Shown piece after piece: positions 1-13,303 of a DNA stretch of 64,000 nucleotides; positions within the stretch are counted from its first letter, which is position 1, and each line of letters opens with the position of its first letter. Where the stretch lies: positions 120,840,001 to 120,904,000 of the forward strand of contig NC_045696.1 in NCBI RefSeq assembly GCF_009834535.1, written 5' to 3'. Made by a program: the position numbers and the translations under genes. The notes beneath the pieces are model-generated. The model was not told where the DNA came from. It saw only the letters and a program-made list of their open reading frames with translations, and searched no databases. This DNA comes from Camelus ferus (Eukaryota).

Positions 1-648
1 GATCCTGGACCAGAGGCTTATGCAGGTTTCCTGGCAGGAGCTGGTGCCTGCCCACTCCTGGGTGAAGCTTGGTCCTGGATCTCTGTGGGTAGGACTGTGT
101 CTAGAGGCCTTTGTGGCTTAGGAAGTTTGCTGATGGGTGGGTCTGTGTTCCCACCCTGTCTGTTATTTGGCGTGAGGCTTCCCTATAGGCTGTTAGGTGG
201 GGCTGGGTCTTAGTGCTAATGATCCAATCAAGATGTCAGCCTCCAGGAAAGCTCATGTAGATAAACACTGCTGGAAACATTCCACCACTAGCTTTTATGT
301 TCCCTGAGTAAGCCGCAGCTGTCCCCCACTTCCCCAGGAGACCCTCCAAATCGAGCAGGCAGGTCTGGCCCAGGTTCCTGTGAAATCACTGCCTCTTCCT
401 TTGAACCTGGTGCATGTGAGTTTCCGTGTACACTTCCCAAGCGAATGGAGTCTCCATTTCCCCCAGTCTCGTGAGGCTCCCAGAGCCAAGCCCCTGGCCT
501 TCAAAACCAGATGTCCTGGGGTCTCCTTCTCTTCCAATGCTGGAACCTGAGCTGGGGAGACTGACATGGGGCTTAGAGCTCTCACTCCTGTGGGAGGGCC
601 TCTGCAGCTTAACAAATCTTAAGCTTGTGGGTCACCCACCCGGGGAGT
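1..648 (-). mobile_element. LINE-1 5' UTR fragment (same family as 54560-55575)
   Basis: Colinear, highly similar match to ~54704-55355, which lies directly upstream of a minus-strand L1 ORF1. Confidence 0.8.
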
Positions 649-1472
649 ATATGTATTCCTTTTCATATTCTTTTCCATTATAGGTATATTAAAAGATAAT
701 ATAGTTCTTTGTGCTATACAGTAGGACTTTGTTGTTTATCTGTTTTATATATAGCAGTGTGTTAATCCCAAGCCCCTAATTTATCCCTCCCCCAATTTCC
801 CCTTTGGTAACCATAGTTAGTTTTCTATGTCTGTGAGTCTGTTTCTGTTCTGTATATAGATTCATTTGTTTTATTTTTTGATTCCACATATAAGTGATAT
901 CATATATTTGTCTTTCTTTGTCTGGTTCATTTCACTTACTATGATAGTCTCCAGGTCCATCCCTGTTGCTGCAAATGGCATTATTTCATTCTTTTTAATG
1001 GCTGAGTAGTATTCCATTGTATAAATATACCACATCTTCTTTATCCAGTCATCTGTCCATGGACATTTAGGTTGTTTCCATGTCTGGCCATTGTAAATAG
1101 TGTTGCTGTGAACACTAGGGTGCGTGTATCTTTTTGAATTAGAGTTTTCTCCGGATGTATGCCCACGAGTGGGATTGCTGGATCATATATTAAGTCTATT
1201 TTTAGTCTTTTGCCGAATCTCCATACTGTTTTCCATAGTGGCTGCACCAGACTAACTCCCTCCAACAGTGTTGGAGGATTCTGTTTTCTCCACACCCTCT
1301 CCAGCATTTATTATTTGTAGCCTTTGTTATGATGGCCATTCTGATTGATGTGAGGTAATACCTCATTATTAGTTTTGATTTGCATTTCTCTTGATAATTA
1401 ACGAAGTTGAGCGTCATTTCCTGTGTCTATTGGCCATCTGGATGTCTTCTTTGGAGAAATGTCTGTTTAGGT
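649..1472 (-). mobile_element. LINE-1 3' fragment (end of ORF2 and 3' UTR)
   Basis: Minus-strand ORFs carry L1 ORF2 C-terminal motifs ([27 protein letters not shown]); 3' UTR resembles the reverse complement of 43200-43530. Confidence 0.9.
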
Positions 1473-2947
1473 TCCATTTGTATTTCTACCAAACCTATTG
1501 ACCAAGTCCCTGTAATGAATCCGTTTGTGTGCTGTTTAATTTTTGGTATGTTGTAAATAGTTTTCAGTCACCTATTTTTTTCTTTAATGCATGAGGTATC
1601 TTTTTATCTATCCTGGAAGATTTGGGGGCCTTGGCAGGTTATTTTGATGCCAGGGATTTTTTTTTCCATTAGCCTCTCCTTTAGTACTTACCTACTTTCT
1701 TCTCTTCAGAACTTTCTTTCTGTTAATGTTGATCAAGAGTCATGGGTGCTGACCACAAATATGACACTGAAGAGAAGGTGCCATGAGAAGAGAAAAGTGC
1801 ACAGCCTTTCCCCCTTTCCCTTCTGTAATATTCCCTGAATGCCCTCTTTGCTGACAGAGTTCTGCTTCTTTCCTGTTGTCCTTCTCCACCCTGCTGTCCT
1901 CAGCCTGCCCTCTCCGTCCTGCTCCCACTGCAGTGACTGTACTGTGTGCTTATCTTTCATCGGCACATGCCCCCTTTTAGGTAGAGAAACAGACATGAAG
2001 GTGAAAAGATGATTATTGGAGGAATTTCACTTACCCCCAGGTTTAATCCTAGCTCCGTGATACAATGATGTAGTGCAGTTTTTAGTCACTTCTGGTGGTT
2101 TTTTTTTTTTTTCTTTCGATATCTAATTTCTTCAGGTGATAATTTTGTGTCATTAAAAGTTCAATATTTTTTCTCAACCAAAAAGGTCCACCTGCCCACC
2201 CTGGTGCTTTAAGAAGAGTTTTTCCTGCATGCAGCCGTATGTCTCACATTAGTCTTCAGCTTTGCATTGAAATCTGCTTAGTCTCAAAGCAGCTGCTTTT
2301 ATTTTTGAGTTGCCATCAAAGCTTTGAAATGGTGAGATCTTACAGCAAGTAGTGAGTATGCTGGATGCGTGCCAAGTAGTCTGTTGCTGTACAAAAGAAA
2401 TAGGTTTTCAGCCCAACAGTTGGTTTGTTACCCTTGTTGCCATTGTCAGTGATACCTGCAGTGGCTATAAAGGAGTGATTTGCAACAGTTCAGATGATTT
2501 GTAGCGGAACAAAGGCAACATTTTATCTCCCTACAACCTGAGTGTTTGTAATTTGTAATTAGCCTTTTATCTAATAACTATTCTGTAAAATTTGCAGTCT
2601 TTGCTAAACATTCTTGTACTTCAGTGCTGTGTGCTACATGATTAATTTCTGCAGTAATGTAGAATTTTCACTTAGAAGATAACTACTAATACACCTTAAA
2701 TATGTATGCGGCTCAGTCCTTTTTAAAGACACACTGTAAAGTTTCCAAATGGATTTTGAACCCCTTTTAAAGGAATAATTCTCTCCAAACATGAGTTACG
2801 TGATCCATGGTACCTAGAGGAACTAAGGATAATCAGTAATGTGATAGTAGACTTAAACTGAATCTTTTGCCTAAGAAAATAATCCTCTTTTTAGACTTCT
2901 ATTAAATTTGGGAAAGAATCTGGGAGCTGTCTTTACAATGGTACTAA

Positions 2948-4500
2948 GATTCATTCAGTTGTTTGTTCATTCATTTTATATGTGTTTATAGAGCATTGGA
3001 GGTCCAGGGCAAAAATCTCTGCCCTCGTGGGGCTCGTAGTCTAAGAGAAGTAAATATATGTGTTACGTTCGGTGAGTGCTTGAGGGCAGCGACCTAAGCA
3101 GGGATGAGACGGAGGTTTCCAAGACAGCACGACCAGGAGCGGCGTCCCTGGGGAGGCGGGGGGCAGGCCGTGGAGTGTCCGAGGGGCGAGTGTGCTGGAC
3201 ATGTTTTGGGAACTCTGAGGAGGCAGTGTGGTTCAGGGTGAGGGACATGCACTTCGTGCAGGACTTGGTAAACAGGGAAAGACTTGGGCTCCCATCCAAG
3301 ACAGATGGGAAGTCATCGGCAGGTTCTGAGCACGGACGGTGTGACCTGACTTCTGTCATTAACAGTTTCATTCTGTCCTCCATGTTGAGAACAGACTGCA
3401 GGTCACAAGGGCAGAAATAAGAAAACAAGTTCTGAGATATCAGCCCAGTGTGTAGCCAGTGGGTTCAGAGGAAGGAGGTTGAATTATGGATGTGTTTGAA
3501 GATGGGCCCCCAGGGTTTGTTCTCATACTGCCTGTGGCATGGGAGAGAAAAAGAGGGATCAGGGTGGCTCCCCAAATTTAGAGCCTCAGCCCTGCAAGGG
3601 TGCGCTTGCCATTGGCAGAGGATATGAAGTGCATGTGTCTGGGGAAGTCAGAGGGGTTCAGTTTGGGATGTTTAAGTCCGAGGTGAGACGTCCAAGAGGA
3701 AATGAGGGGTAGAGAGGGGATCAGTTTTGTCAGTCTGGCATTTAGAAGACATGCCTGGGCTGGAGATAGAAGTGCACCTAAATAAACCCATGTGACTAGG
3801 TGGATGATCCCTAGGGGGAGACCTCTTGTAGAGAAGTGTTGAGGGTGGGGCTGAGTGCTGCAGCGTCCCCTGTGGGACTGCCAGGGCCTGGAGCGGCAGC
3901 CGGAGGCGCGGGAGGAGGAGAAGGAGCCGAGAGGGTGGAGTGTCTCAGAGCCAGGAAGGGGGTGTCCCAGGAGGAGGGGGTTCCCCGCTGTGTTCAGGCT
4001 TAACGCCGGTGGGAAGTGGCCACCGGTGCTGGGAAGTGGCCACCGGTGCTGGCAGTGCCGGAAGCCTCCGGTTCTCAAGTGGGGACTTCAGTGCCGGGGA
4101 TGGGGGACGGGGGAGCTACTGGGGGCACTCAGGAGAGAAGGGAAGAGAGAAGTGGGACGTGGCGAGTGCAGGCAGCCCCCTGGGGGAGTTGTGCTGTCAG
4201 GAGAAGGGGAGAAGTGGGGTGGTACTGAGCTAGGCAGGGAAGGTTTGTTTCTGTTTCTGTTTGAATGGCGGGGCAGCAGCATGTCTGGAGCAGTGATGGT
4301 AGCGGTGCCGCAGCAGGGAGCCATTCTGGTGTCTGGTCTTAAACAGGTGCGAGGCTGGAAGAGTTGACCTGCACTAGAAGCATATTCCTCTAGTTCACAT
4401 GTGATGTGGGGGTGGGGAGGATCTTGTCTGGATACAGAGGGGATGGTGGGATTGTGGAAATTTCCCTCTGATTCTATTTTCTGGACGTAGGAAACAAGCT
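2948..4500 (-). mobile_element. Degenerate LINE-2 (L2)
   Basis: TTCATTCA-type L2 3' tail at ~2950-2975 followed by typical purine-rich antisense L2 body; boundaries approximate. Confidence 0.55.
4010..4049. repeat. Perfect 20-bp tandem duplication (TGGGAAGTGGCCACCGGTGC x2)
   Basis: Seen directly in sequence. Confidence 0.9.
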
Positions 4501-5419
4501 TGTCAGCTGGGAGTGAGGCTGCAGAAGGATGAATCAGAAATCTGAGGAGGGAGGACTGGTGTGGACTGGTGCTGACTGGTGCTCCAGGGGGTAGGAAGGG
4601 AACGGTGGACTCTGTGGGCTTTAAGGTCACCGTGACTGGAAGGGGCGGGGCAGCGGTTGCAGGTCTTTGTGAAACGTGGGACACAGCCTCAAGCAGTTAG
4701 TGGGAAGTAGTCACGGGACGCCCAGAACGAGGCTCTGTGACTCAGGAACAGCAGAGGGGAGGACTGTGGGAACAGCCCCTGCTTTGTGGGAAAGTTGGGT
4801 TAGATCCCTATGGGGAAGAGTGGGGAACATGGGGGATTTGTTGATGGACTTCGGGGCACAATGAGAGCATTTCAGGAGACCAGGAGAGGGACTGACTACA
4901 TGGTTTGGAGCGACGAGATCTCGTGGGCAGCTGGGGATGTAATGGAAGAGACCCTCATGATTCACGTGTGTGAAAGAGCGTGAGCAGACCCTTCGTCCTG
5001 CTGGCAACAGAGAAAGGGCTCCGTGGACACTGAGAAGGGCAGTGGCCTTAAACCTCCCGAAGACTGGGCAAAGGGGAAAGGCTGTGCTGGTTGTGTGCCA
5101 GTGTCGTGAGAAAACATGCAGGAGAGCTTTTCCTTTGTCTGTCCCTAGAACATGTCTGGAGTAAGGCTGTTTTCTCTTCAGAGCTTACACAAAATGGGAT
5201 GAGTTGGGTAAGTTGTTTGGGTTGTATATATCTGATAGTGCCTTTGGTGAAGTTTGAAATGACCTTGTCAAATGAGTGTCTTAATAAACGTTTGGCTTAT
5301 TCTTAAGCTTGGTCTCTGTGGCAGAATAAATACAGTTTACTTGATAATTTATTAAGTGCATAGCTTATTCTGATATTTCTTAATAGTGAAGGTTTTTAGT
5401 ATGTCCTCTGTTTTAACAG

Positions 5420-5470
5420 GTTGCAGTATTTTACAGAGCTAGTCCGAGGCACAAGATGAAAATTATTAAG
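5420..5470 (+). CDS. ATP2C1: SPCA1 exon (VAVFYRASPRHKMKIIK)
   Basis: ag|...|gt boundaries, 51 nt, phase 0/0; P-domain sequence of SPCA1. Confidence 0.95.
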
Positions 5471-5924
5471 GTGGGTCTCTGAGAATCACATTGTTTTATC
5501 TCTGTATCCAAAATGCTACTTCCTGTCTTTCATTATGCTTGCATTACTACTGGGAGTATAGATTTGAGTACTAAAGTCAGAAGTATTGTGAAGCAAAACA
5601 GGTTTTTTTTTTAAGCCTGAAATGGAAACATCAATAGAGAATTTAGCTATCAGAGGAAGATGCAGAAGAAACCTTCAGTGAAATGTGCAGATACAACCTT
5701 CTTTAAACTATTGAACAGTGTACAAGTATGTTCTGACAGGTGTCTATAGCCAAATCATCCTGGTGTGAATAGGAATAATTACTTAGAAACTGAATAAATA
5801 CAGCAGGAAAAAATGTTACGGGAGTGTGAACGATGTTTAAAAGGCTGTGGTGGTTTAATCTCAGTTGTATGTATACAGAGTGGCTGGCATGGTGTCCACC
5901 ACTTAGTCCTCCAGTGCGGCAGGC

Positions 5925-6130
5925 CCGAGTTTCTCAGCCTTAGCCCCTGACACTGTGGACTGGATAGCTCCTCGTCGTGAGGGGCTGGCCTGTGTATTAT
6001 AAGAAGTTTAGCAGCATCCCTGGCCCCTCCCCTCTAGAGCCAGTGGCACCCTGAAGTCATAACGATCTGAACATCTCCAGACACTCAGATGTCCCCTAGG
6101 AGACAGAATTACCCCTGAGAGCATACCGCT
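5925..6130. mobile_element. MER20-like hAT-Charlie DNA transposon
   Basis: TTTAGCAGCATCCCTGGCC, TCTCCAGACA and ATGTCCCCT blocks match the recalled MER20 consensus. Confidence 0.75.
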
Positions 6131-6367
6131 GTGTAACTGACTCTGCATCAGGCTTTACATGTATAGTTCTCACACGTGGGAATGTTAATAGTGGCTTTTC
6201 TAAGCTTTAAGACCACCATATATTGAAGTTTATTGAAAAAGTGATGGTCTGTATAGTTTTGAGTCTTTAATCGTGTGAGGGGAGTGGGGAGGATTTGTTT
6301 AGCCCCTTATCTGTATGGAAGCAGCATGTTAATCAGAATCCCTCCTTCTGGCTTCTCTGCTCTGCAG

Positions 6368-6534
6368 TCTCTGCAGAAGAATGGTTCGGTCGTGGCCATG
6401 ACGGGAGATGGGGTAAATGATGCGGTTGCTCTGAAAGCTGCAGACATTGGAGTCGCAATGGGTCAGACTGGCACAGACGTCTGCAAGGAGGCAGCAGACA
6501 TGATCCTTGTGGATGATGATTTCCAGACCATCAT
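6368..6534 (+). CDS. ATP2C1: SPCA1 exon with the TGDGVND hinge motif
   Basis: [32 protein letters not shown]...DDDFQTI; cag| and |gtaagt; 167 nt. Confidence 0.97.
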
Positions 6535-7809
6535 GTAAGTTTTCCTTCCATGAGTGTGTGTCAGAGACCCTCCTCCCCTCCTTTCCCGCACCCTAGCCGC
6601 AGATTATTCACTGGAAGAGAATGCAGCAGTATTTAGACATTGCATGAACGAAGCTAGTTTACTAGATCTGTTAATCTTACCTTGTGTTGTTTTGGGGGAA
6701 GATTATCTGTATGGAATGGACACAGTAAATGGGCTGTACACTTAGAAATACTCACTGCGTACCAGCCAGGTGTCACATTTTTCTGGCCACTGGTGTGGTG
6801 GCACAGTAGTGGACCTTCATGGGGCCTTCATTCTGGTCAAGTCAGGCTCTCAGAAACAAGCATGTGCTTTGGCCTTAGAGTGAGTATCATGAAGTTCCCG
6901 TCCATATCTGTTTCCTTACATCAGGAATGGATCACGTTGTCAGTGGTGCAGTTACGCAGTTTATTGTCTGAATAGCTTTGTTTCATCCACAGTTTCTAGT
7001 TGACTTAAGAGTCTTGTGTAATACCTGCTGGTCAGTCTGACAGTGTTCAGGTGGGGTCACTGAGCATCACCTGCTGGACGATCTGAGTCTGATTTCAGTG
7101 ATGTCTCAGATGCTCGTTAACACACTGTGGCCTGAAGTGGAGCATGCGGGCCCTCAGGACCCAGAATTGCCAGGCTCTTGGAAGGACATAGTTATTTCAC
7201 TTTCCATTCTTAGAGTCTTATAAAAATAGGGGAAGTTAAAACACATATTTTCTAGATTGAGCAAAACAATTGAGAAAATTTACATGAATCTTTGTAAACT
7301 GTATTGTTTCTATAATTCTAGTACAACATATATGTAATTATGTGTAGGAAGATCAGATACCTTAAAATCTATAATTCTGTATCTCATTGCTGTTTAATTC
7401 TTGACTTACATTAATTTAACCCCTTACCATGCATGCATCTTGTACCTTTAAGAAAAATAAACTTGGAGGGGCAAAGATTATTTTTGTGTTATAAATGTGT
7501 ATTATTGTCTTCTGTGTAGAGATTTTAATGTTGAAATGTCTTTTTAAGAATAAAATTTTAACATTGTGTTATGAAATTAGTTTGGGTAAAGTGTAGCAGG
7601 CTTGACTTTAATTCCTTGCTAGAGTAGTGGTTCCATATTTTTTTTTATTATTTTAATTACATGAAGGAAATAATAGATTCTTTTACTGATGTATGTGTTT
7701 TATCAGTTGGAAATTTGTTTTCAAAATTAGTTCTACATTGTTATAGTATTGTTGTATCCTTATTTTTCTGTGGTAATACTTTCTCACAATTTTATTTTTT
7801 AAATTTCAG

Positions 7810-7878
7810 GTCTGCAATTGAAGAGGGTAAAGGGATTTATAATAACATTAAAAATTTTGTTAGATTCCAGCTAAGCAC
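7810..7878 (+). CDS. ATP2C1: SPCA1 exon ([22 protein letters not shown])
   Basis: Canonical splice sites, 69 nt, phase consistent with neighbours. Confidence 0.96.
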
Positions 7879-8449
7879 GTAAGTTTGTAAGAAGTTTATC
7901 ACCATGGGTCTTACAGATAAATTATTTGAAAAGTAGAATTCAAACAGAACTCTGGGAAGCTTCTGGGCTGTATTTCTGAGGGAGGTTCATATGTAAGTTT
8001 TCCAGTGTGAAAATTGAATTCTATCCTAAAACTAAAAGCATTATGATAAAGAGGTTCTAAGTGTGCAAATTAGATGTCTGTACCATCACCAAAGTATGTA
8101 AACCTTTGTGGCTTATGTGATAGCTCCTGAAGTAACTGAGGAAAGGGTGTCAACTTTTAGTGTTTCTTCTTGGTATCTTTTTCCAAAAGTAGAGGGCTTT
8201 TGTGTTGTGAAAACACTGTTATACACGTATCATCGAAACTGTTCAGTGTTCTCGGAGCTCAGTTTAAAATCTTCCTCTGCTTGCTGTTCTCTAACGCCTT
8301 GAGAATCCTTTATAAAAATGCTGTGGGTTGTAAGGGTTAACTCTTAGCTTCGAAGTGTTCACACTAATGAAGCATTAGGTTACTTGGAAGTACAGGCTTC
8401 CTTTAAAAGAGCAGCAGTAACATGAGATTTTTAAATGCTAGGAATGTGA

Positions 8450-8623
<174 letters not shown>

Positions 8624-9434
8624 TGAGATTTTTTCTGTTGTGTGTAAACTAGAAAGACAAGAATAGCATGATATCCTGATAATTAATCTCTAAGACTTCA
8701 TTCATGGGTAGCCTTGGAAATCTTTGTCCTGCTATGTTTGTTATGAATTGTGTAATGTGAGCATGTCACTCATTTTCTCTGGGTGCCCACTCGTGCATCG
8801 AGGATCTGAGCTTTTACACTGTTTGATGCCCAGCCTTAAGCTGAGAACAGAGCAGGGAACGGATGCAGTCCCTATCCTCGAAGTAAGCTTTTTGTTTCTC
8901 AGAATAGGAGGTGATGGGGAAATCTCTGGGTTTAGTGTTATTACGTACAATCTGTTGTGTCCTAGAGACTTTGAGGAAGTTTTGAAAGACCTAAGCAGCT
9001 AAGTATGTTCTTTTACAAGAATGGGAACATAGATGTCGCTTCCCAACACAGAGCGGCATGTGTCAGTGATCATTACAGCAATTGTCCTAGTTGAAACTTC
9101 CTTGTATGAAAGATGTTTCAAAGTCCAGTTGGCAGGTCAAGTATCTCAGGCCATTTTTGAAATAAGTAAACTTGTATGTTAATGACATTGGACAATCTTT
9201 TGAAATTTGATTATCAGTCCTGTCAAACTGCCAAGTGAACAAAAGAGGAGAACAGTGATAAAATCTGTGGTTATTTTCTAGTAATCACAGCCAGGGTTTT
9301 CTTTGTGATTCAACATTTTCTTTCCATAGAGGGCACTTAGTTTCTGGGATGATTGAGATCAGTGAGGTTGTGAAAGTAATGAATCCAAATCTTACTTAAA
9401 ACTTGAAAGTAATTCACTTTCCTGTTTGTTTTGA

Positions 9435-9611
<177 letters not shown>

Positions 9612-10113
9612 TAACGTGCATTCTGTACCGTAGACTCAGTTATTTTTGGTGTATTAAAGGGAAGGCTGGAAAGTTAGGAGCGCTCTTTGAAAAACAATAA
9701 AAATATTTAAAACTAGTTTGATTTCAATATTTATGGGTTAATAGAGTTCCTAATTCATATATTAGAGTAATTTAAATCTGCAGTATCAGATACAATAAAA
9801 ATTAATATATGAAAAATCGGGAAGAAGTTAGAAAATTTGAGTCTTTACTATAGCCACTTAATTGTCATCAAAAAAGAAAGCTATTTTAATATCCAATATA
9901 TGGTTTGTGAGAAGATGTTTTACTTTATGTAGACTTACAGCTGTTCATTAGGTGACTTATTCAGATGGCATGTAGGAAATTTAGGTTGCTTACATGTTTT
10001 ATATCATAGACTAAAAGCTAGTTTATTCTAAGAGAAAGAAAATATTAACCTTTTGAAAGCATGCAGTATTTGTCCGTTAAATTCAGCCAGCTGAAAGTCT
10101 TTTTCCCTCATGA

Positions 10114-10233
<120 letters not shown>

Positions 10234-11330
10234 TGATGCACTGAGTTGGGTAGAGCGCTGTCTGACTGTACGTGGGCAAAGATGGCAGGCTTTTAGCTTT
10301 GCTTGCTGTTGTAGCCACAGTTACAGCCCCAGATACAGCCTCCCCACAAACATGTGCCTGCAACCATGTGTCACAGTGCGGAGGGCAGCCGAGGTACTAA
10401 GCCCAAACTTTGGCCGGAAGATCAAAGTAAATCACAGGTGTCATCACCCATTTCTTCTTCTTTTCATTCTCTTCTTGTCTGTAGCCGTGTGACAGGTTCA
10501 AGTTAACATCATCTGTGCGCGGGACAAACTCGTGGCTTCTGTGAAGGTGGCATTAGTCTTGCTTTAGAAGAAAGTGTTACTAGAAGCACAGAACAGTTCT
10601 GTGCTTGCTCACTGTTTCCCATTGCTTCCATCAGTGTGTCAAAGCTAGGGCATTTTAAATTTTCTTTTCTTCCCTGTATCTTAAGGTGGTTTGCCTTTTG
10701 TTGATCGAAGTGCTTTGGTAGAAAATAATGGCCTAGATCCTAATGGTACTTGGTCATATAGCATGTTGTTCTTGGGAACTAGTTCCATTTGAGGCCCGAC
10801 TGTTCATTTCAGTTCTAGAGCACCTTGTGAGTCGAGCTGTACCTGTTACCACTCGCCATGCCTGAACTTTCCAAGTACAGTGAAGTGTCATTCATTTAGA
10901 CTGATTTTCAAAGAAGCTGTTGTGTTTGTTTTTGTCTTATGAAAGGCACGTCTGCTTTCTCAATACACATATAAATAACTAAGTCCATTCTTTGAGAAAG
11001 GTTTCTAGATTATGCACCTTAGTAAATGATAGAAATGATTTAGCAAACTGAGCATATACAAATGAAGTTTCTTGTGCTTTGGAGTGTTCAAGTAAGTTTC
11101 TGTGGTCCTTTTTTTTTTCTTTCTTTCTTAATACTATCACTCTTAAGGAAAGCCCTTGATAAGGAGAAGCTGCTTTAAAATAGACCCGTATTCCACCTGA
11201 ATTACTCCAAAATAGTAGTTAAAATTAAGAGATTTCATGGTACTGCTATTGTAGAATTTAGTCTAGCTTATTAAAAATTGGAGGTGAGTGTAATAATAGA
11301 GAAACTGCTTCTGTGACCGAGGAGTAATAA

Positions 11331-11543
<213 letters not shown>

Positions 11544-12753
11544 TGAGTGTTTTCTGATGCATTTGTTCTAAGACAAATTTTCTTTTAAAAAGTGAAATAA
11601 GAGGAGTGACTGGCTTGCTTTGAAAAATGCATGTACTGTTTTCTCATTTGAAGAAGTTTAGGGGAGTCACTTTTTTAACTCTGGGTTTTTAATTTTTTTT
11701 TTGTAATTTTTTTTGGTATCTTTTTTATAGGTTATCAGTTGTCAGAATCATATTTGGTGATTCTGAAACATAGCAAATCCAAACTTATTATAGAGTAATT
11801 GTAGATTATGACTTTTTAACCTTGTATGAAGAAAAAAACTAGATTTAAGCTCACTGAAAACCAAATGGTTCTTCTTTAAAATTACAGGTTTGACAGTTAA
11901 ACTAATATTTTTCTATTCTTACTTGCTAATTTGCACATTCTTATTTTATGAAATAACAGCCTGGCCTAAAAACAAAGTTTATTAAGCTGATGTGGAAGGT
12001 GGACATTATTCTTTCACATACCATGCACTAAATGTGTTATTGTAGAGTACATTTAAAAATTAATCTTCCTATGTGAGTGTGAGTACTGATACATTTTATG
12101 ATAATGCTACTTCTAATTCTTGGGTTTTTTAATTAATTTAGATATTTATGAACCACTATTTTTTGCTGTAAGTTGAAGTTCACCTTATAGTTGAAGTAGT
12201 TTAACTTTAGTGTTTTAATTTCAATTTTCAATTCACATTCCTTCCTCTTAAAAAAAATGGAGTTTTGAGATAGGTACAGTTTTTAAAGCAGTAAATAAGA
12301 ATGAGGTGGTGTGATACCATTGTAAACACATGGTCTTTAAACAGTGAGTTCCTCTGGCCTTTTAGATGGAGTGTATGGACATTTCTGCGTAATCTTCAGA
12401 TAGACATTTTTAGATTAAGTTAGTCACCACTGCTTGAACAGCCTTTGAGAGAGGCTGTGTGATCTGCTAAGTAGGAAACTGTTGCTTGTGCTGCTGTTGG
12501 CGGCTTGGGGTCAGGGCAGCAGGCAGGGGACCTGGGCTCAGGTTCCCTGCCTCCTGCCTTTCCTCGCCGCAGGACTTCACGTGGGTTATTTAACTCCTTA
12601 TTTTTAAGCTGAGGCTGATTGTGTACTTCATGAAATGGTTGTGAAATAATGTATTTTAAAAGCTGTGGTAAAATTCTAGAAGAATGTAAGCTATGAAGCT
12701 TTGCAACTGTAAGTTTTAAAGAATTGTAAAACCGAACTTCTTTTCTCTCGTAG

Positions 12754-12884
12754 ATCTGCTGTTCCTTCTGGGTCTCACCTCGTCGGTGTGTGTGGTGGCC
12801 GAGATTATAAAGAAGGTGGAACGGAGCCGAGAGAAGACCCAGAAGCACGCCCCCGCCACACCGCCGTCCTTTCTTGAAGTATGA
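12754..12884 (+). CDS. ATP2C1: SPCA1 terminal coding exon, 1a-type C-terminus ([43 protein letters not shown])
   Basis: tag| acceptor, M10 helix, stop TGA at 12882-12884. Confidence 0.95.
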
Positions 12885-13297
12885 TGCATATTGCATTCTT
12901 TTATTTGCAGACTCGGAATTGTAGTCTGAGGATCATTTAGAGGGGCAAGTTCAAGACGATAATGAAGATTTGAGAACTTCTGAATTTTTCATTGACTGGA
13001 AATGGGCGTTAAAGACTTGATTTGAGACTTTAACCTGCTGGCAGTCCCAAATGAAATTATGCAACTTTGATAACAAATTCCTTGATTTAAATTGGCTTTT
13101 GCCATTGAGTGGAACTTTATAAAGTGTATGGGCAGTTATTTAATTTAAAAAAAAAGGCAAAACCTGAACCACCTTCTGCACTTAAAAAGAGGTCTAACAG
13201 TTAAAATATACAATCTATCTTAGATAGATATGATTTTTTTTTTTAATTTTTAAATATTGTACTATTTATGGTGGTGGGGCTTTCTTACTAATACACA

Positions 13298-13303
13298 AAT
13301 AAA
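13298..13303 (+). terminator. Proximal polyadenylation signal AATAAA of ATP2C1
   Basis: AATAAA ~410 nt after the stop, with a GT/T-rich downstream tract. Confidence 0.6.

Noticed and set aside
1..648. Apparent segmental duplication with 54704-55355
   Set aside because: Both are copies of an L1 5' UTR, an interspersed repeat
3578..4684. 166-198 aa ORFs on both strands
   Set aside because: They lie in GC-rich degenerate L2-like intronic sequence and show no protein family features
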